NCBI GenBank assembly: GCA_046590705.1
Contig: JBKJUK010000360.1
Span: 1 to 47,929 of the forward strand
Origin: Thermoanaerobaculia bacterium
GTDB taxonomy: Bacteria; Acidobacteriota; Thermoanaerobaculia; Gp7-AA8
Direction: 5' to 3'
Length of the DNA: 47,929 bases
The notes beneath the pieces were generated by a model. It was given only the letters and a program-made list of their open reading frames with translations. It searched no databases and had not been told where the DNA came from. Positions 8,801 through 16,483 of this stretch are shown in pieces (positions within the stretch are counted from its first letter, which is position 1; each line of letters starts with the position of its first letter). The position numbers and the translations under genes are program-made.

Positions 8801-9869
8801 ATTCGAGAAACTGCTCGAGTACGCCTGGCCTGGTGAGCTCCAGAATGTAGCTCTCGTGCTGGGCAGGCCCACTTCCCGCGCTCTTTCTCAGATCAGCCAG
8901 AGCGGTAACGGAAGGGGCGACGCAGAAGAGCGAGGTCAGGGGTATCAACTCGGCTTCAAGGCCGAGTGTTTCCGCTGCGATTTCAGGGACCATCCAGGCC
9001 GCATTCACCCCGGCTTTCGCAATCGAGCGCAGGGCACGTTGCGACGAGAGATCGAAGCTCTCGTAATTCTCGATCATCAGCAGGGCAGCATCGCGCTCGA
9101 ATGCGCGTCCGGTGCGTTCGGGGATCGTCGCTTCCTTTCCCGCGAAGTCGCCTATGAAGGCCTCCAGCGGTCGCAGTGCGGACCAGGGGCGCAGTGGAGA
9201 TGCGTCGTCTCTTCCCAGCCTCACAATTCTTCGCGCGAGTTTCGCTTCGGTCATGGCCCGCATCACGACGTCGGGTACGGTGACCTCGACGTAGGAAGCG
9301 GTGACAGATTGCCCCGCCAGCAATCGCTCCAGGAAGGCAATCCCGGGCGATTGAAGCAGACCTGTCGCAGACGACCTGCTCCACCGCAGATCGGCGGACG
9401 CGCCTGAGGTCAATCGCTGGAACAACTCAATGAAGACATCCTCCGGTCGAGTCCATGTACGCGTCAGCGACGCTACATTCTCGACGCCCAGAAAACGGGC
9501 AGCCGATGAGAGCGGAAAGACCTCGTCGTTTTCCAGCTCGCGAGGACTGTCGGGTGCATTGACTCGGATGAGACGGCAATCCTGTCCCCTCTGCCGGAGA
9601 GCAAGCCAGTCACCCGGATTGAACTCACTATCCCTGATCTCTGCATGACGAAGGAAAGCTCGGTGTCCGGCGTACTGAACCAGCAGCGAAGTGCGGTCAC
9701 GCAGCCCCCATTCGCTGCAGTTGTCGAGCGGAACCGCACTATCGGTACTCTCAGCCGGCCCAGGCAGCGTGGAGTGTCTGATTGCATGCACGAACGCAGG
9801 GGGCCAGCCGCGACGTACCAGCGGTTCCTGAGCGTGGTTGACCCGCTTCGAAGCAGCAGGGGACGGCAT
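5874..9869 (-). CDS. sigma-54-dependent transcriptional activator (bEBP) with a very large (~1000 aa) N-terminal TPR-like/GAF-like sensor region
   Basis: 1331-aa ORF. The C-terminal third has Walker A GETGTGKE, ESELFG, GAYTGA (GAFTGA-type loop), LFLDEIGE, VRIVAATN and RWPGNVRELQN, plus a Fis-type HTH (NQSRAAKLLGMSRQALAYQIRELGI). There is no receiver domain and no second P-loop. The exact start codon was not verified. Confidence 0.85.
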   Translation of the reverse strand: MPSPAASKRVNHAQEPLVRRGWPPAFVHAIRHSTLPGPAESTDSAVPLDNCSEWGLRDRTSLLVQYAGHRAFLRHAEIRDSEFNPGDWLALRQRGQDCRLIRVNAPDSPRELENDEVFPLSSAARFLGVENVASLTRTWTRPEDVFIELFQRLTSGASADLRWSRSSATGLLQSPGIAFLERLLAGQSVTASYVEVTVPDVVMRAMTEAKLARRIVRLGRDDASPLRPWSALRPLEAFIGDFAGKEATIPERTGRAFERDAALLMIENYESFDLSSQRALRSIAKAGVNAAWMVPEIAAETLGLEAELIPLTSLFCVAPSVTALADLRKSAGSGPAQHESYILELTRPGVLEQFLESSRVPAINQLISVTQPHRSFLSVLAILGISTPRAVAAQLLATVSTLNIDDLVFDGITSSDRDAFTFLSRDAHQMLRDELDEGTRRALTVDASRLLYESGELASALRLMREAGRQSEAVTFAEETLAVRELSEDELSVAADILLASVDRSQSPLLFSACSTRLLAEGRYETLLRLTGGVDGENAAVFRSQALCRLGRYAEAIVAIGDYSSADALLHRGSAERLDGRVEAARQSLERADETATGKASASIAFQRALIEIDHDEPVSIRFIDAVAADECLSQRLTVYRSLASSDFPVASRSAEQASLCARSLPEKIDAALDHLYVRFMRGEWEEARHESRGVLALIEESEGDRAAGGVLFTLAYLCADAGQFEQAERWRQRMARFFSSSGDRRREAELRLIAAQSAYRRGDHETAGEEAARLLSEAPGGDIAVAAELIVADLNGRLPTLATTCLELFDRQQLLRARAGSGALECSGSFNRELLTFEARKEPVRSDFPRPSSATDELKLLRSIEVLTARSGEATLLAELDALRARHGISARMKVAYVENRRDEAEVLLQLTLADFPFDHAVLGERGWRHVTRNRLGDYHETGPLQPLGAEALIESVLDGDRDWLKCSESMTFYLQGSAAFSPQGRSAIGALIRLRTEHFNQSRALSQDHSVSTPVEQIDGLLGNSLPIRELVAKIPRVARGDVAVCIIGETGTGKELIASAIHRHSGRRAKKFTAINCAALPENLIESELFGAVRGAYTGADRDRIGLIEATHEGTLFLDEIGELPLAAQAKVLRFLQDGEYRRVGDSQPRSADVRIVAATNRRLEEMVDEGGFREDLYYRIRGVELFSPPLRDRGADVLLLARHFLAVQRDRHRGGPALLSEDVEAAFCNYRWPGNVRELQNTVRAGHTMAGDLRAIELDHIPERISSTPKSRIPTGNYQVEVVAFRRTLIERTLAESKGNQSRAAKLLGMSRQALAYQIRELGIAVK

Positions 9870-10102
9870 TCGTCACTTCCTTGATGATGAGAAGCGGCGA
9901 TTCTAGTCGGGGCCTGCGGGAGCGCGCAAGCTTCGAGCGGCGAATCGAGCGGTCTGGTGAGGTGTTTCGCGGTTTCGGCTCACGCGCAGCCAACGGTACA
10001 CATCGCCTTTCGCCTTCCAATCGCTCGCATTTCATTTTTGCTTCTACTCCGGCCCCCGGCCCGACGGATTACAGCCGCGCACCATGTGGTTCACTATGCT
10101 GC

Positions 10103-10975
10103 ATGCCTCAACCAATCCCGCGCCGCGAGTTGCTGCGCCAGCGCCTGGATGATCTCGTATCCACCTTCGACGTCAGCACGATCACGCCCGATCCGCTGGA
10201 GCTGGTTCTTCGCTACCAGATTCCGGAGGATCAGGAGGTGGTCGGTCTTTTGGCGGCAGCGTTCGCCTACGGACGCGCAGATCTGGTCGTGCGCAACGTG
10301 TCCGGCGTCCTCGTAAAGATCGGCTCATCGCCGCACCGCTATCTGCGAGACGAGTTCGACGTCAGCGAGGCCAGTTCCCGCTTCGCCGGTTTCTCGCATC
10401 GCTTTCAGAAGACGCCCGAACTGGTGGCGTTGCTGCGGCGCATATCGAATGCGATTCGAGCACATGGATCGCTCGGAAAGCTGTTCGAAGCCACTCACGT
10501 AAAAGCTGATGAAACCGTGCGTGATTCTCTGCAGAGGTTCGTCGAAGCCCTGATCGGGCCACCATACCCTGACGAATCGCTGCAGGTGACACGCGGACTT
10601 CGTTATCTGCTTTCCTCACCCGCCGACGGCAGCGCCTGCAAGCGTATGAATCTTTACCTTCGCTGGATGGTCCGAACCACAAGCCCGGACCTCGGGCTCT
10701 GGCGATTCGTCGATCCGGCCAGCCTGATCATGCCACTCGATACGCACATCCAGAGGATCACCACCTTTCTCGGACTGAATCGCCGCAAGTCGACCGACTG
10801 GCGAACCGCTGAAGCACTCACGGCAGCACTGCGACGGCTCGACCGCTCCGATCCCGTGAAGTACGACTTCGCCATCTGCCGGCTCGGGATTCTGTCGCTC
10901 TGCAGCAGAAAGCGCGAGCGGTCGCAATGCGAAGTCTGTCTGCTCAACGATGTCTGCAGGCTGCGAAAACGATGA
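10103..10975 (+). CDS. TIGR02757 / DUF2400 family protein (HhH-glycosylase-like, with an EndoIII-like Cys cluster)
   Basis: The family-typical stretch is LLAAAFAYGRADLV, CKRMNLYLRWMVR, PLDTHIQRIT, DPVKYDFAICRLGI. The C-terminal Cys pattern is C-x8-C-x2-C-x5-C (CSRKRERSQCEVCLLNDVC). The start was moved to the ATG at 10103, because the upstream 74 codons run through repeat and intergenic sequence. Confidence 0.7.
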   Translation: MPQPIPRRELLRQRLDDLVSTFDVSTITPDPLELVLRYQIPEDQEVVGLLAAAFAYGRADLVVRNVSGVLVKIGSSPHRYLRDEFDVSEASSRFAGFSHRFQKTPELVALLRRISNAIRAHGSLGKLFEATHVKADETVRDSLQRFVEALIGPPYPDESLQVTRGLRYLLSSPADGSACKRMNLYLRWMVRTTSPDLGLWRFVDPASLIMPLDTHIQRITTFLGLNRRKSTDWRTAEALTAALRRLDRSDPVKYDFAICRLGILSLCSRKRERSQCEVCLLNDVCRLRKR

Positions 10976-11466
10976 GCCGGCCCACCCGATTCTTCCTTCT
11001 CGCCTCGATGGTTGCAGTCTTCGCGCTCCTGATTTTCTGGGCCGGTTGGGATTCCTCCTCGGACTCGCATCAGCTCGAGGATGCAGCGGGACTTCCTGTA
11101 ACACTGGAACTCTCCGGCGCAGACGTGACCATCGTGCACTTCTGGGCTACCTGGTGTGGTCCCTGCCGCGACGAACTACCAGCTCTCGACGCGTTCCTGC
11201 GAAGGCCCGAGGCGCGAGCTGTGCGCTTCTACGCGGTTTCTCAGGACACCTCACGAAATGAGATCGATACCTATTTGAAAGCAAACCGGCTCAGGATGAC
11301 CAGTCTGCTGGACTCCGGCGGAGCGACGGCCGGCAGGTTCGGATTGAACGTGCTTCCGACAACCCTGCTGATCAATCGGAACGGAGAGCTCTTGCGAAAG
11401 ATCGAAGGACCGGTTCAGTGGTCCGATCATGTAGAGGTCGACAGACTGCTGCGCGAAGTAAGGTGA
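10972..11466 (+). CDS. TlpA/ResA-like membrane-anchored thiol:disulfide oxidoreductase (thioredoxin fold)
   Basis: N-terminal anchor FFLLASMVAVFALLIFWAG and active site WATWCGPC, followed by LPTTLLINRNGEL. The ATG at 10972 overlaps the upstream stop (ATGA). Confidence 0.8.
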   Translation: MSRPTRFFLLASMVAVFALLIFWAGWDSSSDSHQLEDAAGLPVTLELSGADVTIVHFWATWCGPCRDELPALDAFLRRPEARAVRFYAVSQDTSRNEIDTYLKANRLRMTSLLDSGGATAGRFGLNVLPTTLLINRNGELLRKIEGPVQWSDHVEVDRLLREVR

Positions 11467-11549
11467 AGGGCAGTAGCCGTGTTCAGTAGCCAGTAGGGTG
11501 ACCGCAGGAGCAGTCTTATTCAGTACGCGCTCCGATGCTCACCCGCCAA

Positions 11550-11725
11550 GTCATTCCGACGAGCCGCGTGCCCGTGATGATTACGCGGCTGAGACTGCGA
11601 GGAGGAATCTCCGGTCCGCGCGGACGCGGTGAAACATTTCGACCTTCGCGGCGCGGACCGGAGATTCCTCTTCGCACACCAAACGTGCAAGCTTGCAGAA
11701 CCCTGGCCTGCTCATCGGAATGACG
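11550..11725. repeat. ~176-bp nested inverted-repeat element, family B, copy 1
   Basis: The outer arms are GTCATTCCGACGAGC and GCTCATCGGAATGAC. The inner arms are GCGAGGAGGAATCTCCGGTCCGCGCGG and GCGGCGCGGACCGGAGATTCCTCTTCGC. It lies in the intergenic region downstream of the tlpA-like gene. Confidence 0.9.
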
Positions 11726-11874
11726 GTGCCGCGCTACCCGTGTCACTTGTGCACGATGTGGTGATACACGTCAAGTAACCAGTAGCCAGAGAGGAATCGC
11801 CTCGTTCTCTTCCTCTGCTTTCTTACTTCTCATTTCTGCGTTCTGCGCTCATCAGAATCGAGCCGCGCACTCCA

Positions 11875-12168
11875 CTATTCGTGCGCGAGTTCTTCCTGCG
11901 TCGCTCCCTCACTCTCCCGCTTCTTGTGGTACCAGGTGATGGCGAAGCCTGCCAGGCCGTTCAACACCATGAGTGCGTTCGTGGCCACGAAAACCCAGTT
12001 CTTCACCAGCACGCTGTAAATCGTAAAGCCGACGGAGGCTGAGATCTGTCCGACGAAAAGCCATGTCGAGACACCTTCGCTCGACCCTGCTTTCCATTGC
12101 TTGTAGACCTGTTTTCCGAGAGTCAGGACCAGGATCAGGGAACTGATCCAGCCGATCGCTTCAGTCAT
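11875..12168 (-). CDS. small 3-TM PQ-loop / SemiSWEET-like membrane protein
   Basis: 97 aa counted from the internal ATG at 12168, with GGAG 10 nt upstream. There are three hydrophobic helices. A KQ replaces the PQ motif after TM1 (LGKQVYKQWK), and a conserved Asn sits in TM3 (VFVATNALMVLNG). The N-terminal 34 codons of the track ORF lie in an AT-rich promoter region. Confidence 0.5.
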   Translation of the reverse strand: MTEAIGWISSLILVLTLGKQVYKQWKAGSSEGVSTWLFVGQISASVGFTIYSVLVKNWVFVATNALMVLNGLAGFAITWYHKKRESEGATQEELAHE

Positions 12169-12209
12169 GAGCGCTCGACTCCGCAAAGGATGAGCCAACG
12201 TAGAGGCGA

Positions 12210-12244
12210 ATGGAGAATGTTGAATGGAGGATGGAGAATGTTGA
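12210..12244. promoter_or_regulatory. 14-nt direct repeat spaced 21 nt, a candidate operator in a divergent promoter region
   Basis: ATGGAGAATGTTGA occurs at 12210..12223 and again at 12231..12244. The repeats lie 42-76 nt upstream of the minus-strand start at 12168, next to the most AT-rich stretch in the window (12250..12320). Confidence 0.4.
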
Positions 12245-12354
12245 TTCGGCTCATTACAGTGTATTTTCATGCTTAGATATTATATTTGTTTACCATAACC
12301 AATAGCAGAGGTCATTCTTTCGCTTCACCTTACAATGGCTGCTGAGGGTTGGCG

Positions 12355-14289
12355 ATGGGTCGTTCTGGTCTCGTGAATCTGCTTCTTGGAGCAATCGTGG
12401 CAGCGGTTCTCCTGACCCTCGGGGCAGGAGCGCTGCGGGCCGAGAAGACTCTCTCGTGGCCGCGGATGGATGTCCGGGCAGACCTCAGAGCCGATGGCAG
12501 TCTTCATGTCATCGAGCGCCAGGCCATGCTGCTCAGCGGTGACTGGAACGGTGGCGAGCGCGGGTTCAACATCCGCCAGGGTCAGACCCTCGAACTGATC
12601 GGGATCAACCGCATCGCCGGCGACAAGCGAATTCCTCTGCGCGAAGGTCCACTGGATGCAATCGACCAGTGGTCTCGCAGCGAGGACAATCTCTTTCGCT
12701 GGAGAAGCCGGATGCCGGCCGATCCGCCGTTCGAGAACCAGACCCTGACCTACGAGCTCGAGTACGTGCTTCGCTCCATCATCCAGGGAAAGGAACCGCT
12801 CTTCGGTGAAGGGCGCTGGCTGGAACTCGCGCACGACTTCGCCTTCTCCGATCGTCCCGGCTCCATTGACCTCTTCACGCTCGACCTGCGTCTCGATCCA
12901 TCCTGGAAAGTTCTGGAAGGCGACCCACTACGTGCCGAGGTCAGCCGGATTCCTCCCGGCATGACCCATCCGGTGAAACTGAAGTTGGCTGGCGGTCGGG
13001 CCATTGACGTCGCTTTTCCTCCTTCGCGCGGTCTGCGCTTTCTGCTGCTGCTCTTCCTGACAATTGCCTTCGTGGTTTCATTTTTCTGGCTCGGCCTTCA
13101 TGAGCGTGCGCGCGGACGATTTCTCCCGATCGACCAAGGAACAATCGACGCCCAATGGATCGAGTCGCTGCTGCTTCGCTTCAAGCCCGAAGTGATTGGC
13201 GCAATCTGGGACGAAGCGGTCGGTGCGGCTGAGGTCGCGGCTCTGCTGGCGCGGATGACACATGAGAAGAAGATCGGCAGCAGAGTGGAACAGAAGAAGT
13301 CGCTTCTCGACTCAGAGCCGGTTCTCCATCTTCAACTGCTCGTCGATCGCAACGCACTGACTGGCTACGAGCGCAGCCTCATCAAGGCCATGTTCTTCGA
13401 TGGCGATTCCACCAGTACGGAAGCGATCGCAACGCATTACGCCACGGCCGGGTTCGATCCTGCGGACAAGATTCGTCCTGGCGTGCAGAAGCTGCTGGCG
13501 GAGATTCCCGACTGGAAAGAGTCGAAGCGGAAATGGTTCGGTCCAGTCTTCCTGCCGCTCGTTCCGTTGACTCTACTCACAGTCGCCGCCACCGCGAACC
13601 TGCAGGGCGACAGCGACGGACTCGCGCTCGCACTCGGGACGGTCGTCAACGTCCTGGCGGCTCCGATGCTGGCGGGATCAGCGTATGTCTGGAGCCGCTC
13701 GGTCAAATTTCTCAGCATCGGATTCATTCTGGCAGTCATCGTCGCGCTCTCGTTCCTGGGAAACATGCTGCTCTGGGCTCTTCCGATCACAGCCGGCGCA
13801 GTCACACTCCCTACGCTGCTCGCGCTCACAGCAGGCGGCCTGTATGGCATCTGGTTACTCTGCTGGTTCGGGAGATCGACGCAATCGCGCGCGAAGATTC
13901 TTTTGCGAAAAGAGTTCACCGTCGCACGGGATTACTTCACCGATCAACTGCAGTCTCCAACGCCCAAGCTCAAAGACAGCTGGTATCCGTACCTGCTGGC
14001 GTTCGGCCTCGGCGAGAACGCCGACCGCTGGTTTCGATCGCACGGAGCGGCATCCGGAAGCAGTCCCGTTCACGCAGGCCAGAACACCAGTCCTGGATCG
14101 GGTGGCGGCTCTTCGCCCATTCAGTGGAGCGGTGGTGGCGGCGCGTTCGGCGGGGCAGGGGCGAGTGCGGGTTGGGCCGCCGCAGCAGGGACCATGGCAG
14201 CCGGAGTGCAGCCGCCCGCTTCCAGTTCCAGCGGAGGCTCGAGCTCGGGAGGAAGCAGCTCGGGTGGTGGGAGCGGCGGTGGCTGGTAA
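12355..14289 (+). CDS. DUF2207-like membrane protein with a Gly/Ser-rich C-terminal tail
   Basis: Signal/anchor LVNLLLGAIVAAVLLTLGAGAL. The N-terminal ectodomain pattern is MDVRADLRADGSLHVIERQAMLLSGDWNGGERGF. Several TM helices follow, then the tail SSSGGSSSGGSSSGGGSGGGW. The ATG at 12355 sits 6 nt after GAGGG; a TTG at 12349 is an alternative start. Confidence 0.7.
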   Translation: MGRSGLVNLLLGAIVAAVLLTLGAGALRAEKTLSWPRMDVRADLRADGSLHVIERQAMLLSGDWNGGERGFNIRQGQTLELIGINRIAGDKRIPLREGPLDAIDQWSRSEDNLFRWRSRMPADPPFENQTLTYELEYVLRSIIQGKEPLFGEGRWLELAHDFAFSDRPGSIDLFTLDLRLDPSWKVLEGDPLRAEVSRIPPGMTHPVKLKLAGGRAIDVAFPPSRGLRFLLLLFLTIAFVVSFFWLGLHERARGRFLPIDQGTIDAQWIESLLLRFKPEVIGAIWDEAVGAAEVAALLARMTHEKKIGSRVEQKKSLLDSEPVLHLQLLVDRNALTGYERSLIKAMFFDGDSTSTEAIATHYATAGFDPADKIRPGVQKLLAEIPDWKESKRKWFGPVFLPLVPLTLLTVAATANLQGDSDGLALALGTVVNVLAAPMLAGSAYVWSRSVKFLSIGFILAVIVALSFLGNMLLWALPITAGAVTLPTLLALTAGGLYGIWLLCWFGRSTQSRAKILLRKEFTVARDYFTDQLQSPTPKLKDSWYPYLLAFGLGENADRWFRSHGAASGSSPVHAGQNTSPGSGGGSSPIQWSGGGGAFGGAGASAGWAAAAGTMAAGVQPPASSSSGGSSSGGSSSGGGSGGGW

Positions 14290-14302
14290 AACCAATTCCG
14301 TC

Positions 14303-15982
14303 TTGAACGTAACTGGCGGTTTCTGGCCTGTGCGACGAGCGCTGGCAAGGTTCAGACCATTCGGCATGGCAAGCCTGCTGAGGGTTGCGGTGGTCGCGCT
14401 CCTCTTCTCCGGCTTCCTGTTCGCAGACTACGCCATCTTCCGCAGACTCTTCCGAGCGACTGCTGAGATCGAAGCGCTGACGCCCTTCTTCGCACTCGGG
14501 CTGCTCATGAACATCTTCGCGCTGCTCTTTCTGATCGCCACGGTCATCCTGCTTTTCTCTTCGATGACAGCGGCGATTGGTGCATTCTTCACCGATCTCG
14601 ATCTCGAGAACTATCACAGCGCTCCGGTTCCTCTTCGCCGCATCATCCTTTCTCGCTGGATCAAGACCTGGCTGCAGAGCTCATATCTGGTGATCGCGTT
14701 TCTGACGCCGCTGTTCGTGGCGTTCTCCGCGCAGTATGAAACCGGCTTTTCGTTCCTGCTCATCGTGATTCCGGCCATGCTGCTGCTGTTCACGATTCCA
14801 GTCTCGATCGCATCGACAATCATCCTTCTACTGGTGCGTTTCTTCCCTGTGCGCCGCGTGCATCAGATTGCGGCGACACTCGCGCTGATCTTCCTCACCG
14901 TCACCATCGTGGCGGTCCGCGTGGCCAGGCCCGAGCGACTCTTCGCGAAAATCTCCACTGACGACGTGACCACGGTACTGGCCGCCATTCGCCTGCCAGC
15001 CGCCGAGAACTACCCGAGCAGTTGGCTGGCGCAACTCACGACGCAGCTGGCCAGCGGAGAGTCGATCGCAGAGCCAGCCCTCCGCCTTCTGCTCGTGGCT
15101 GTACTGGCATTCTCCCTGTTTTTTCTGGTTGCCTCGCGGTTCTACCTCCGCGCCTTCGTTCGATCCCGTGAAGGGTCAGCGCCGGGTGCGATCGGCGGCG
15201 ACTGGTTCAACGGTCTGGTCGATCGCTGGCTTCGAACTTCCAACGCCCACACGCGGGCCGTGGTGGCGAAAGAAATCAGGATCGTCACCCGGGACGCAGC
15301 GCAGTGGTCGCAACTCTTCATGATGATCGCGCTCCTGTTTCTATACCTCTACAACATTCAGACGATGCCGCTGGAGGGTGACATCAGAGCGGGTCTGCTG
15401 GCCTACCTGAATCTGGGAATGAGCGGATTCGTAAGTGCGGCCATCGCTCTTCGTTTCGGATACCCCTCACTTTCCGCTGAAGGCAAGCAGTACTGGCTAC
15501 TGCGCAGCTCCCCCCTCTCACTGCGCCGGCTGCTATGGCTCAAGAGTGCGGTGGTGGCCGTACCGCTTACCCTGCTGGCGCTGCTGCTCACGGTCGTGGC
15601 CAACCTGATGCTGAGCGCTGGGCTGGAGATCTGGCTCTACACCCTGCCGGGAGCCCTCATGGTGACCGCTACAGTCGTGCTCCTGGCGGTGGGGATGGGA
15701 GCTCTCAATCCTGACTTCAAGCTCGAGAATCCGCTGGAGGCGGCCATCTCGCTTGGCGGCTTCGCCTACATGGCCATTTCGCTTCTCTATATCTGCATGA
15801 TGATGATGCTTCTGGCGAGACCGTTTCAACGATTCGCCTCCCGGGTAATCTTCGGAGCATCGAATCTAGATCCATTCGCGTCGGCAGTGATGCCGGTAGT
15901 GATCGCGGTCACGGTCTCGCTCCTGCTGGCCGTGCTTCCATTGGAACTGGCCGGTCGCAGACTCGAGCAGCGAGATCTCTGA
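14303..15982 (+). CDS. ~12-TM permease-like protein (ABC-2 / putative ABC-exporter permease-like), with no ATPase partner in the window
   Basis: About twelve hydrophobic helices in two halves. The second half starts with KEIRIVTRDAAQWSQLFMMIALLFLYLYN. The start is uncertain: TTG 14303, GTG 14330 and ATG 14366 are all in frame. The track ORF extension back to 13685 overlaps the DUF2207 CDS and is rejected. Confidence 0.55.
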   Translation: MNVTGGFWPVRRALARFRPFGMASLLRVAVVALLFSGFLFADYAIFRRLFRATAEIEALTPFFALGLLMNIFALLFLIATVILLFSSMTAAIGAFFTDLDLENYHSAPVPLRRIILSRWIKTWLQSSYLVIAFLTPLFVAFSAQYETGFSFLLIVIPAMLLLFTIPVSIASTIILLLVRFFPVRRVHQIAATLALIFLTVTIVAVRVARPERLFAKISTDDVTTVLAAIRLPAAENYPSSWLAQLTTQLASGESIAEPALRLLLVAVLAFSLFFLVASRFYLRAFVRSREGSAPGAIGGDWFNGLVDRWLRTSNAHTRAVVAKEIRIVTRDAAQWSQLFMMIALLFLYLYNIQTMPLEGDIRAGLLAYLNLGMSGFVSAAIALRFGYPSLSAEGKQYWLLRSSPLSLRRLLWLKSAVVAVPLTLLALLLTVVANLMLSAGLEIWLYTLPGALMVTATVVLLAVGMGALNPDFKLENPLEAAISLGGFAYMAISLLYICMMMMLLARPFQRFASRVIFGASNLDPFASAVMPVVIAVTVSLLLAVLPLELAGRRLEQRDL

Positions 15983-15993
15983 CCGGCTCTGTC

Positions 15994-16002
15994 TGTTAGA
16001 AT
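15994..16002 (+). promoter_or_regulatory. possible extended -10 promoter (TGtTAGAAT) upstream of the DUF4870-like gene
   Basis: TGTTAGAAT lies 33 nt upstream of the ATG at 16035. There is no clear -35 element. Confidence 0.3.
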
Positions 16003-16034
16003 CGTTGCACAACCCAATTTAGAGGAGTCCGTTG

Positions 16035-16469
16035 ATGAGTGAGATGCCTCCGCCAACCGTGCCCCCGTCCTACACACCGCCTCCGCCATCCGGCGGTGGT
16101 TCATACGTTCCACCACCTCCACCGCCAATGGGACCGGGAGTCGCGCCAGGTAGCGATCGAACCTTGATGCTGGTGCTGTCCTACCTGAGCATCCTCTGCC
16201 TCATCCCGCTGCTCGTGAAGAAGGACGATCGGGAAGTGCAGTGGCACGCGAAGAATGGTCTGGCCATCACCGTGGCCTTCTTCATCGCGAGCATTGCCTG
16301 GGCCATCATCAACAACTTTCTGCCCGCCTCGATCGGATGCGCGCTCAGCTTCGTTTCATGCGGAATTTCAATCGCCTGGATCGTAGTCTCTATCATGGGC
16401 ATCATGAAAGCTCTCAAGGGTGAGCGCTTCCGTCTGCCAGGCGTCAGCGACTTCGCCGACAAGATCTAA
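16035..16469 (+). CDS. DUF4870-like small membrane protein with a proline-rich N-terminal head
   Basis: AGAGGAG lies 7 nt upstream of the ATG. The head is PPPTVPPSYTPPPPSGGGSYVPPPPPP. The core is LSYLSILCLIPLLVKKDDREVQWHAKNGLAITV plus 2 further TM helices. Confidence 0.7.
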   Translation: MSEMPPPTVPPSYTPPPPSGGGSYVPPPPPPMGPGVAPGSDRTLMLVLSYLSILCLIPLLVKKDDREVQWHAKNGLAITVAFFIASIAWAIINNFLPASIGCALSFVSCGISIAWIVVSIMGIMKALKGERFRLPGVSDFADKI

Positions 16470-16483
16470 GGAGATTTGAAAGA

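Noticed and set aside
9881-10102. The 74-codon N-terminal extension of the TIGR02757-like ORF.
   Set aside because: It starts 12 nt from the divergent EBP start and crosses a GC-rich repeat (PAPGP). The family-conserved region begins right after the ATG at 10103.
11516-11746. Paired ORFs on both strands inside family B elements (11516..11746 minus and 11535..11723 plus; also 39669..39866).
   Set aside because: They arise from the palindromic repeat itself, which gives mirror-image translations such as RGPEIPLRT on both strands. They are not conserved between copies outside the arms.
11471-11789. The direct repeats CAGTAGCC(AG) at 11471, 11484 and 11780, considered as target-site duplications of family B copy 1.
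   Set aside because: They lie about 50 nt away from the inverted-repeat termini (11550 and 11725) rather than abutting them. The intervening left and right segments are not complementary. Copies 2 and 3 show no equivalent.
13451-13460. A tRNA-like T-loop sequence, GGTTCGATCC.
   Set aside because: It lies inside the DUF2207-like CDS. The flanking bases do not form a T-stem (GCCGG versus CCTGC), and no acceptor or anticodon arms can be drawn.
13685-14302. The 5' extension of the permease ORF (the track ORF 13685..15982, 765 aa) overlapping the DUF2207-like gene.
   Set aside because: It is out of frame with, and fully inside, the DUF2207-like CDS. Its translation is Arg/Ser-rich. Hydrophobic permease sequence begins only after 14303.
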